Below, piece by piece: positions 17,426-25,740 of a stretch of DNA of 32,000 bases; positions within the stretch are counted from its first letter, which is position 1; every line of letters starts with the position of its first letter. Position numbers and translations under genes: made by a program. The stretch comes from Candidatus Heimdallarchaeota archaeon (lineage in GTDB: Archaea; Asgardarchaeota; Heimdallarchaeia; Heimdallarchaeales; Heimdallarchaeaceae). The stretch lies in contig DAOVER010000012.1 in the NCBI GenBank assembly GCA_030668875.1, forward strand, positions 43,356-75,355, in the 5' to 3' direction. The notes under the pieces were generated by a model. The model was not told where the DNA came from, made no database searches, and was given only the letters and a program-made list of their open reading frames with translations.

Positions 17426-18871
17426 ATGTCTGTGTTCTGGGAAAAAGTTTTGGAAATGCTCTTAGGTGGAGTATATTCCATGGCAGATTATTTGTCTTTA
17501 CACGTACTCTTGTGTTTGATACCAGCATTCTTTATAGCTGGGGCAATGATAGTTTTCGTTCCGAAGGAAACAATAGTAAAATACATGGGTAAGGACACTA
17601 AAAGAATAATAGCATATCCAGTTGCAGCAATATCAGGATTATTACTTGCAGTATGTTCATGTACTGTTCTACCTCTTTTTGCAGGTATAAAAAAGAAAGG
17701 TGCAGGATTAGGTCCAGCAATGACATTCTTATTTTCTGCTCCAGCAGTAAATATCCTAGCACTAACTTACACAGGTGCACTAATTGGTATAGATATTGCA
17801 ATCGCAAGAGCCGTTTTATCATTATGTTTTGCAATACTCATTGGATTAATCATGGAATTAATTTTTAAGGATAAATCAAAGGATGAGATTAAAGAAGAAT
17901 CAGATGAAATTAGCGAAGAAAAATTAGATCTGAAGGAAGAAGCAACACCATTAGAAGAGAAAAACAGAATAAATTTCAAAAACACTCTGGATGGTTTTCT
18001 TATAGTTTTATTACTTTTAATTGGGATTCTATTGGCTTTTCTGAATAAGAACAATCTTCAATCAATAGGCATAACTAACCCCCAATTAGTTCAAACAATA
18101 ATCTGGGGGATAGGATTAGCATTGTTAGTGGTATTATTCTTTGTTATCAAAAATACAAAGATTAACCTATTTCTGGGGCTTCTTTATCTTCTCTTTACTG
18201 GTACATCACAGATAAGCTACTTTTCAATTGGTGGTTTATATCTACTTTTCACAGGATCAGTACAGATAAGCAACGTATATCCAAGTGGATTAAACATTGA
18301 ACCGGAAATTTCTCGTTCATTTGAATATATCACCTCTGAAGTATTTAAAGTAGATTTAATGAATATGGGGATAAAGACAGCGCTTTCGATTATTGTGATA
18401 ATTGCAATAATAATTTATATAATCAAGAGAATTGAAAAGGCAGATACCAAGGAATGGATGAATGAAACCTGGACTTTCGTTAAGCAAATATTTCCTTACT
18501 TAATCATCGGTGTTTTTCTAGCAGGTTTCTTAGCAGTCTTGATACCGGCTGATTTTATTCAAGGATTAGTTGGTAAAAATACTGTTGTTGCAAATTTGAT
18601 AGGCGTTCTTTTCGGAGTTGTGGCCTATTTCCCAACACTTATGGAAGTCCCAATTGCAAAACTCTTTCTCAACTTAGGTATGTCAAGAGGAGTGTTATTA
18701 GCTTATCTGCTTGCAGATCCTGAACTATCTATTCAAAGCATTCTAGTCACTCGCAAATTCATTGGGGATAAGAAAAACCTTGTTTATATTCTCCTCGTAA
18801 TTGTGTTTACAGTTATTGCAGGATTACTATTTGGACTTATAGTATCAAAAGAACCAATTGGCTTCATTTAA
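17426..18871 (+). CDS. DUF318/ArsP-family permease
   Basis: CSCTVLPLF, FLFSAPAVN, FPTLMEVP and G-x-SRG motifs; multi-TM; GGAGG SD. Confidence 0.88.
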   Translation: MSVFWEKVLEMLLGGVYSMADYLSLHVLLCLIPAFFIAGAMIVFVPKETIVKYMGKDTKRIIAYPVAAISGLLLAVCSCTVLPLFAGIKKKGAGLGPAMTFLFSAPAVNILALTYTGALIGIDIAIARAVLSLCFAILIGLIMELIFKDKSKDEIKEESDEISEEKLDLKEEATPLEEKNRINFKNTLDGFLIVLLLLIGILLAFLNKNNLQSIGITNPQLVQTIIWGIGLALLVVLFFVIKNTKINLFLGLLYLLFTGTSQISYFSIGGLYLLFTGSVQISNVYPSGLNIEPEISRSFEYITSEVFKVDLMNMGIKTALSIIVIIAIIIYIIKRIEKADTKEWMNETWTFVKQIFPYLIIGVFLAGFLAVLIPADFIQGLVGKNTVVANLIGVLFGVVAYFPTLMEVPIAKLFLNLGMSRGVLLAYLLADPELSIQSILVTRKFIGDKKNLVYILLVIVFTVIAGLLFGLIVSKEPIGFI

Positions 18872-18883
18872 TTAGGTGATAAT

Positions 18884-19129
18884 ATGACAGATATGAAATT
18901 AATACAAGTTGTAGGAAAAGGTTGTAAAAAGTGTGAAAGGCAGTACGAATTAGTACTTGAAGCAATTAAAACGACTGGAAAAGAAAATGAATACAAAGTT
19001 GAACACTTTACGGACATAGTTAAATTTGCAGAGTTAGATGTCTTCATGACACCTGCTCTGAGAATTGATGGTTCCGTTGTTAGTGAGGGGAGAGTAATCG
19101 GTGTTGAAAAAATAAAAGAAATGTTATAA
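18884..19129 (+). CDS. Small thioredoxin-like redox protein (MTH895/ArsE family)
   Basis: GKGCKKC and VFMTPALRIDG; the usual partner gene downstream of DUF318 permeases; AGGTGA SD. Confidence 0.88.
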   Translation: MTDMKLIQVVGKGCKKCERQYELVLEAIKTTGKENEYKVEHFTDIVKFAELDVFMTPALRIDGSVVSEGRVIGVEKIKEML

Positions 19130-19216
19130 TTGCTCCTTTGCAAAGAATTTTATTATATAAACTTGAAAGTAAGATTTGATTAGGTTATTAGTTTGGTTGA
19201 TAGTAGGTTATTATCA

Positions 19217-19915
19217 ATGGCAGATGAGATAAAACATTATGCAACGGGTTCAGTTATCCCATTGGGAGATGGTTTCACAGGTAAATCGGTACTGTCTCGC
19301 CTCATTGTTGAGCCTATGATTTCTGATGAAGAACTTAATAATATTCTGCTCAAAACAAGAAAATCCTATAATATTGAGATTGAATTCAGTAGCAAGGAAA
19401 TTATCACTAATAATCAACCAGTAATAACAACCTTGCAGTTTTATGTGTTTCCAGGACAAAGACAAAAAATCTCTGATAGAAGTACTACCTTTGATGAAAT
19501 ACTCAATGTTTTTGATTGTTTCCCAGTTTTGATGAAAGTTTCGGTTTTGCTATTAATCTATGATGTAACAAAAGAACACACTCTACAATCGCTTGAGATG
19601 TGGTTGCGTTTTGCATTAGTAAAAGATTGGATATACAAGGACACCCTTATCGTATTAGTTTCAAATAAAACAGACTTAGAACCCGCTAACGATGACACAA
19701 TTAACCATGTGAAAGACACAATATACAATTATATAAAAGAACATGAGTTACCAGTCGAAAAAGATCAAATAAGATCTATAAAGACTTCTTGTGTAAAAAT
19801 GGAAGGCATTGAAGAATTAAGAAGCATGTCATTAGAATGGATTGCAGAGAGAGGGATAAAAGGAGTGGGAATAAGAGATATAGAAAAGCTTGGAGATACA
19901 AAAGAAGAGCAATAA
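19217..19915 (+). CDS. Ras/Rab-like small GTPase homolog with degenerate G3
   Basis: G1 GDGFTGKS, G3 YVFPGQ (no Asp), LIYDVT, G4 NKTD, G5 TSCV; ATG at 19217 (alternative TTG at 19193). Confidence 0.8.
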   Translation: MADEIKHYATGSVIPLGDGFTGKSVLSRLIVEPMISDEELNNILLKTRKSYNIEIEFSSKEIITNNQPVITTLQFYVFPGQRQKISDRSTTFDEILNVFDCFPVLMKVSVLLLIYDVTKEHTLQSLEMWLRFALVKDWIYKDTLIVLVSNKTDLEPANDDTINHVKDTIYNYIKEHELPVEKDQIRSIKTSCVKMEGIEELRSMSLEWIAERGIKGVGIRDIEKLGDTKEEQ

Positions 19916-19967
19916 AGTTTCTCCCCACCATATTAGAAGGGTGAACGCATACATTTTTCTCTTGCTT

Positions 19968-19992
19968 TTGTTAGAAAGAACTGTTCTAACAA
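19968..19992. other. 9-bp perfect stem-loop in intergenic region
   Basis: TTGTTAGAA-N7-TTCTAACAA, about 50 nt after the GTPase stop. Confidence 0.5.
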
Positions 19993-20131
19993 GGTGGTCG
20001 TTCTTGAAAGAAGGATGCCATTGCATTATTTTGCAATAGAAAAAAGATATCAAAATATTACTCAAAACCTTGCTCTGTAGTAGATTAGATTTGATAGACG
20101 CTTTTTTATATTTGAGAGAATATTCAAATGT

Positions 20132-21406
20132 ATGAATGGAGCAGGTTCTAAGCTTTGTTTCTATTGTATTGAATACAAGAAAGCTGCGAAGGATTATCCC
20201 TTAAACTATGCTTTTGCTGATCAGGAAGAGATTACTCCTAGATGTTACTTGCACTGGCAGTATGAATGTGACAGTTGCAAAAGTATGACTCATTTTAATG
20301 GTATTGCTTGGTGTTCAGACTGCAAGGAGTTCACATGCCTAAACTGTGCAGATGAACACATGGTCAAAAAGAAGTTCTTAGTATATGATTACTATTATAC
20401 AATTGATTGTAAGAAATGCAACAAACCAAATCCAGCTCTAGACTTCGCAGAATTTAACGGGTCCCACCCTTTTCAAATTGGGGACTTAATACCGAAGGAA
20501 GATGTAGTTGTCTGGATGCCTATTAACACAGAAGAAGCTGTTTCTAATCAATTTCCAAATCCTTCATGGGGATCTATCAGAGTGGAAAGCATGGGGAATA
20601 TTACAACAATAACTCGATTAGAATCGTTAGATGAGATAGATCCAAAAACTGTCTGGGATGCAAATGCACCAGATTGGGCAGGAAAATGGCCAAAAGGAGG
20701 AGATTTTAATCACAAACACTTCATAATTCCTGAAGTTCTTAGATTGCTAGATGTGAAGGAAGGAGAAAAGATTCTAGATGTTGCTTGCGGGGAAGGAACA
20801 GTAACTCGTCATTTAGCTAAAAAAGGAGCACGAATAACAGGAATAGATTACTCAAATATGATTGATTATGCAATGAAGAAAGAGCGTGAAGAAAGATTGG
20901 GGATAAACTACCTAAAAGCTGATGCTCTAAAAATTTCTGAAATATTCGGTAAAGAATCCTTTGACAAAGTAGTCTGTAATATGGCTATTATGGACATTGA
21001 TAATTACAAAGCATTGTTCAAACAAGTATCAGAGGTGTTAATAGAAAATGGGCTCTTTATTTTTAGCATAACACATCCCTGTTTTTCAGTTCCAACGACT
21101 ACGACTGTAAGAATCCCTAGAGATAGCCAACGAAACGAAGACAAAATACGGATTGTTAAAAATTATTTCGAGAAAAGACCAACATTAGTGCAATGGAATC
21201 CTGATTCTGTCAATTTACTCTATTTCCAAAGAACAATTAGTGATTACATCAATACATTTCGAGAAGTAAATATGGTTATTACTGAAATGAGTGAACCTCA
21301 AACCTCTGAAAAACTGAAAGAGAAATTTCCACGAGACACATATATCGACATGGAAATGATTCCTTATTTCCTAATTGCAAAAGTGAAAAAAGTAACTGAA
21401 TTATAA
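20132..21406 (+). CDS. Cys-rich (putative multi-Zn) domain fused to class I SAM-dependent methyltransferase
   Basis: N-terminal five CxxC plus one CxxH; C-terminal ILDVACGEG, GIDYS, DA, FDKVVCNM and FSITHPCF. Confidence 0.85.
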   Translation: MNGAGSKLCFYCIEYKKAAKDYPLNYAFADQEEITPRCYLHWQYECDSCKSMTHFNGIAWCSDCKEFTCLNCADEHMVKKKFLVYDYYYTIDCKKCNKPNPALDFAEFNGSHPFQIGDLIPKEDVVVWMPINTEEAVSNQFPNPSWGSIRVESMGNITTITRLESLDEIDPKTVWDANAPDWAGKWPKGGDFNHKHFIIPEVLRLLDVKEGEKILDVACGEGTVTRHLAKKGARITGIDYSNMIDYAMKKEREERLGINYLKADALKISEIFGKESFDKVVCNMAIMDIDNYKALFKQVSEVLIENGLFIFSITHPCFSVPTTTTVRIPRDSQRNEDKIRIVKNYFEKRPTLVQWNPDSVNLLYFQRTISDYINTFREVNMVITEMSEPQTSEKLKEKFPRDTYIDMEMIPYFLIAKVKKVTEL

Positions 21407-22195
21407 TTCCAGTTTTAATACTATGGGACAATGATCAGAACCCATGACATCTGACAGCATGTAAGCATCAGTAATCTTATCTTCCAGATCCTTTGAAGCA
21501 AAGAAATAGTCGATTCTCCATCCAACGTTTCTATCTCGTGCACCAATATTTCTCACAGACCACCAAGTATAGTGCTCGGGATTTCTGTTGAATTTTCTAA
21601 AAGAATCAATGAAACCTGCTTCGATTAGTCTATCAATCCATTCCCGCTCTTCTTGAAGAAATCCAGATATATTTTCATTTGCTTTAGCATGAGTTAAATC
21701 AATCTCAGTATGAGCTGTATTAACATCTCCGCAAATTATTATTGATTTACCTTCCTCTTTCAACTTTGTTACATAATCTAGAAAGACATCATAGAAATCC
21801 ATTTTATACTGTAATCTTTCTTTGTTTAATTTTCCATTCGGGAAATAAACATTGAATAAAATAAATTCGTTAAATTCAGTTTCTACAACTCTTCCCTCAA
21901 TATCAAATTTTTCTATCCCGAGATTGTTGTTTACTCTCCTAGTTTTATTTTTTGAGTAGGTAGCTACACCACTATAACCTTTTCTTTTAGCTGAATGCCA
22001 ATAGCTTTTGTAACCTTGAGGACTGATTATTTTATCTGTGAGCTGATCAACTTGAGCTTTGGTCTCTTGTATACACAAAATATCAGGAGAAAGTTTGTTC
22101 AGCCAATCATTGAATTTTAAATTTTTATACACTTCTTTTTTAGATACTGCTCGAATACCATTGACATTCCAAGAAATCAGGGTTATTTCGCTCAT
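21401..22195 (-). CDS. xth: Exodeoxyribonuclease III / AP endonuclease
   Basis: SWNVNGIRA, LCIQETK, GYSGVA, NVYFPNG, GDVNTAH, GWRIDYF and SDHCP. Confidence 0.97.
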   Translation of the reverse strand: MSEITLISWNVNGIRAVSKKEVYKNLKFNDWLNKLSPDILCIQETKAQVDQLTDKIISPQGYKSYWHSAKRKGYSGVATYSKNKTRRVNNNLGIEKFDIEGRVVETEFNEFILFNVYFPNGKLNKERLQYKMDFYDVFLDYVTKLKEEGKSIIICGDVNTAHTEIDLTHAKANENISGFLQEEREWIDRLIEAGFIDSFRKFNRNPEHYTWWSVRNIGARDRNVGWRIDYFFASKDLEDKITDAYMLSDVMGSDHCPIVLKLEL

Positions 22196-22419
22196 ATGAT
22201 AAATTATTAGAATCCTATCTTAAATGTTGTGAGTAATGTTTGATGAGCTTTAACCCTTTGGTTTAATCGATTCACTTCAGAATTGGGAAATAAAATCAAA
22301 TGTATTACCAAATATAAGAAAAAGTTTACAGGTTACCCCAAGAAGTTAAACTCTTTTCTTTATCAATTAAAAGAATCCTTAATAAAAGGACTGAATACTG
22401 TAAGGTAGGTGCAAAAAAA

Positions 22420-22545
22420 ATGGCAGCAAAAATAAAAACTGGAAAAAGCGATAAGGATTACAAATTATTAGCTAGATTAGCCAGAAAACATTCAATTGTT
22501 GAGCAATTAACTTTAGCAGTTAAAAATGGTTACATTGCTAACTAG
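22420..22545 (+). CDS. Unannotated 41-aa basic protein (MAAKIKTGKSDKDYKLLARLARKHSIVEQLTLAVKNGYIAN)
   Basis: Hand-translated open frame with AGGTAGGTG SD 8 nt before ATG and a T-rich tract just after TAG; it fills a 424-bp gap. Confidence 0.6.
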   Translation: MAAKIKTGKSDKDYKLLARLARKHSIVEQLTLAVKNGYIAN

Positions 22546-22619
22546 CCTCTTACTACTTTTCCTTTTAGTATTGTTTTACATTTTGATTTGACAATTAAAA
22601 CACAAAAAAGCTCATTTTT

Positions 22620-23945
22620 TCAATCAGTTTCCAGAATCTTATCATCTGATTTTTTCTTGAATAAATCGTAATCACCTAGCAACATTATAGGTAAAGCAAT
22701 TGCTAGAAATATTGTAACTATTGGTCCAATCCATATTAGATCAATATCAGTAGAAAGCAAATAACCTACTAAAATGAACCCACCAGCTTGTGCGATATTG
22801 GTAGGAATACTTTTGAATCCGGTGTAAACCCCAGACCTGTTCTCCAAAGTATCTTTCTCATCCCTATCAGCTATATCAGCGATAATAACATAGGGAAATA
22901 GAAAAGCCGCGGACATTCCAAAAATAGCAATAAAGCCAAAGACATACCCTTGTACGGCTAGAGGAATTAAAGTAATTTTTCCGACGAATGGTGTTAATGG
23001 CATCCAAATTAAAAGAAGGCAATACGAAATTATCAATGAGATTTTTATTCCTTTCTTCCTTGACACCACGGACCACGTATAGAACCCAATGACCATTGCT
23101 ACAAACATTAAAGCTGCAAATATTAGATTATCAAGTGTGGTGTTCAACCCAAGCACTTCATGCACAAAATCCAACATCAGAGCAGACATAATCGTTACGC
23201 CAATACTTAATATCGCATAACTAATCATCCAAACGACATAGTTTTTGTTCTTCAGCGCAATTTTCAGTTCTTTCCAGATATTTTTCTTCTTTGTTGCAAC
23301 ATGTTTTTCCTTTATAGTAACCAAAGCCGGAATAAACATAATAATCTCAACAACAGAAAACAGTATTGCGAACGATAGTAAAACTAATGCTGCGTCTCCT
23401 ACGACCCCTCCTTCTTCTTGAATGATTCCAGCCATAAGTAAAGAGAATCCAGCACCTACTGCACCACCAAATAGATTTGTGATATTCATAATTGCTGAAA
23501 CACCTACTCTTTCTTCAGGTTTGGTTAGTTCAGGTAGCCAAGATTGATACGGTGTCAGTAGAAAACCGTAGAAGAAATGAAATAATGAATTCCAGATCAG
23601 CAACCATAGAAATAATACAGTTTGGCTACCCCCCGGAATGATGAAATGGGGGATAAAAAGCATTGTAAACGAAAGACCTAGTAATGGAGCACCTATCCAT
23701 ATGAAAAGTTTTCTTCGTCCATATTTAGCTGCAGAAGAGGAAAGAGAGTCAGAAACAAAACCAAAGAAAAATGACGATACGCCTATAACCAACTTTCCTA
23801 CAGCATTTCCAATGCCATTTAACATCGGGTCCAAATCTACAGTATTGCTATACATCCAAAAAGTTGCTAAAAATACAACGTTTAGAAGAATAGTTGTCCC
23901 AAAACGACATATTCCATAATAGATTCTTTGGCGAAGTGTAAGCAT
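22620..23945 (-). CDS. MFS transporter, GPH/MFS_2 family (paralog of 11456-12793)
   Basis: Shares YGICRFGT, GRRKxFIW, WLLIWNSLF, LLTPYQSW, KNKNYV, FPY-x-IxDIAD and GxYTGFxSIP with the first copy. Confidence 0.88.
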   Translation of the reverse strand: MLTLRQRIYYGICRFGTTILLNVVFLATFWMYSNTVDLDPMLNGIGNAVGKLVIGVSSFFFGFVSDSLSSSAAKYGRRKLFIWIGAPLLGLSFTMLFIPHFIIPGGSQTVLFLWLLIWNSLFHFFYGFLLTPYQSWLPELTKPEERVGVSAIMNITNLFGGAVGAGFSLLMAGIIQEEGGVVGDAALVLLSFAILFSVVEIIMFIPALVTIKEKHVATKKKNIWKELKIALKNKNYVVWMISYAILSIGVTIMSALMLDFVHEVLGLNTTLDNLIFAALMFVAMVIGFYTWSVVSRKKGIKISLIISYCLLLIWMPLTPFVGKITLIPLAVQGYVFGFIAIFGMSAAFLFPYVIIADIADRDEKDTLENRSGVYTGFKSIPTNIAQAGGFILVGYLLSTDIDLIWIGPIVTIFLAIALPIMLLGDYDLFKKKSDDKILETD

Positions 23946-24126
23946 GTTGTGGCCTCGAATTTTTGGTCTTTCTAAAACAACTTTGTCAAGTTGTTCTTCG
24001 AATTATATAAAATTTTGCAAAAAAGAATAAGGAAAATTTTCAATAACAAAACAGTAACTAGCAAAAATATTCTTATATTGAACTTGTTCCAATAGAATGT
24101 AATATTAACAATTCTGGTGAGTTTTC

Positions 24127-25011
24127 ATGACCAATGAAGAAATCCAAAAAATAACCAAATTATTAGAAAACGAAAATCCAGCTATGAGACAGTTAGCTCT
24201 AGAACAATTATCTTCTCACAAACAAGACCATACTGCTATTAATCTGATAATTCGAATGCTACAAGATAAAGACAAAGGTGTTAGAACCTTTGCAGCGGAG
24301 ATTTTAGGAGAGGTTGAAGATAGGCATGCTTTGATTGCACTTACTCACACTTTAGAGGATAAAGACTGGGAAGTTAGACAAGCAGCTATAAGTTCGTTTG
24401 GGAAACACAAGAATCCTGAAACAGTTCCATTTCTCCTGCAATCTTTAAGAGATGAACACCCACAAGTCAGGTATTCCGCTACAAAAGAGTTGAAGCATTT
24501 TGATAACACATCCATGATAGTACCTCTTTTTGAGATGTTAAAAGATGACATAGACTCAGTCAGGGAAGAAGCTAAATCCACTTTATTGAATTTCCAAATC
24601 AAAGTACCTGCATCATTAATTGCTGGGTTCATACTGGATCTCAATAAAACAGTAAAAGAGGTTGCTGTGGAATTTCTTACAACTAGAGTAGAAGGTAACC
24701 CTCTTCCACATTTGGAGAAAGCTTTGGAGGATAAAGATTGGGGGATTCGTCTTCTAGCTCTTACAGAGTTAGGGAAGATAATTAAGAAAAGCGAAATTCA
24801 AGATTCTAGTATTTTGAAAATGAACCTTAAAACCTTGGATGATGAAAATGCTAGGGTTAGATTTGAAAGTTTAACAAATCTTAAAGAAATCAATGACCCC
24901 TCCACGATTGATAAGCTAGGAGAGGTTGCTAGAAATGATGAAGATTCAAATAATCGACTGATGGCAACAGAAACTATGACACATATCCGTAGGTCGGTAA
25001 GATTAGAGTGA
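24127..25011 (+). CDS. HEAT (PBS-lyase-type) repeat protein
   Basis: About 9 repeats of the L-x-D-x-x-x-x-VR-x-x-A type (e.g. LQDKDKGVRTFAA, LEDKDWEVRQAA, LRDEHPQVRYSA). Confidence 0.88.
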   Translation: MTNEEIQKITKLLENENPAMRQLALEQLSSHKQDHTAINLIIRMLQDKDKGVRTFAAEILGEVEDRHALIALTHTLEDKDWEVRQAAISSFGKHKNPETVPFLLQSLRDEHPQVRYSATKELKHFDNTSMIVPLFEMLKDDIDSVREEAKSTLLNFQIKVPASLIAGFILDLNKTVKEVAVEFLTTRVEGNPLPHLEKALEDKDWGIRLLALTELGKIIKKSEIQDSSILKMNLKTLDDENARVRFESLTNLKEINDPSTIDKLGEVARNDEDSNNRLMATETMTHIRRSVRLE

Positions 25012-25088
25012 GGTTCGCTCGATTCCCTATCATTTTCTCATACCTTAATTCCCCTAAAATTTTTATAGTCTCCCTATCAGCAAAGTAT

Positions 25089-25337
25089 ATGAAACCACCA
25101 ATGTGCACGATATGCTACAAAGAATTTTTAGACGCTGAGGAAGGCGGTTTAGTTTATTTTAAAAAACGAAGTAGCGATGAAAAATGGATCAATGTTATGA
25201 AAGAAGAGAGTATGCAAGGCCATCCACCCTTCGCAGAATGGTTCTGTGGTGAGCATTACGAGGCTGCAAAAGAGTTGAAAGAACTTACCATAGATGAAGC
25301 AATGAAAATTCTAAAAGAAAAATATCCCAAGAGTTGA
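25089..25337 (+). CDS. Small putative Zn-binding protein (CxxC...HPP...CxxH), copy 1
   Basis: Start set at ATG 25089 by alignment with the tandem paralog (both begin MKPP). Confidence 0.8.
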   Translation: MKPPMCTICYKEFLDAEEGGLVYFKKRSSDEKWINVMKEESMQGHPPFAEWFCGEHYEAAKELKELTIDEAMKILKEKYPKS

Positions 25338-25341
25338 TTCT

Positions 25342-25572
25342 ATGAAGCCACCTGTATGTGTAATTTGTGACAGAAGGTTTAGACCTCAAGAAGAAGGAGG
25401 GGTTGTTAATTTTGCCAAACGAGAAGCTGATCTCGAATGGGATAAAAAGAACATAGTTGAACATCCTCCTTATGCAGAATGGTTCTGTGGTGAGCATTTT
25501 GATTATGCAGAAGGTTTATCGGAGTTAACTATCAATATCGCTATGCCAAAAATAAAAGAAAGATTTACTTGA
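25342..25572 (+). CDS. Small putative Zn-binding protein, copy 2
   Basis: MKPPxCxIC, EEGG, HPPxAEWFCGEH and ELTI shared with copy 1; 4-nt spacing. Confidence 0.8.
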   Translation: MKPPVCVICDRRFRPQEEGGVVNFAKREADLEWDKKNIVEHPPYAEWFCGEHFDYAEGLSELTINIAMPKIKERFT

Positions 25573-25740
25573 AGAGACTGCATACACAAAATCAAAGCAA
25601 CTCGAAAAAACAGGATTTTCTGTTGAACTAGTTGAAAATATATAACATTGTTTTTTTCTGAAAACTAAAAAATGTAAATCAAATAAAAAAAGAGATATAA
25701 ATCCAAATAAATTTATAAAAAGAATAATAGATTAAATAAC

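Noticed and set aside
19990-20040. Fluoride-riboswitch-like start (GCAATGGCATCC on the minus strand)
   Set aside because: The downstream pseudoknot partner (GCUAAUGA...) is absent and no fluoride-related gene follows.
21401-21406. TTATAA shared by the convergent stops of the methyltransferase and xth
   Set aside because: A compact convergent overlap common in AT-rich genomes; no further signal.
22241-22394. Possible C/D-box sRNA (TGATGA at 22241, CTGA at 22391)
   Set aside because: The boxes are about 150 nt apart, far beyond typical archaeal C/D sRNA length, with no internal C'/D' pair.
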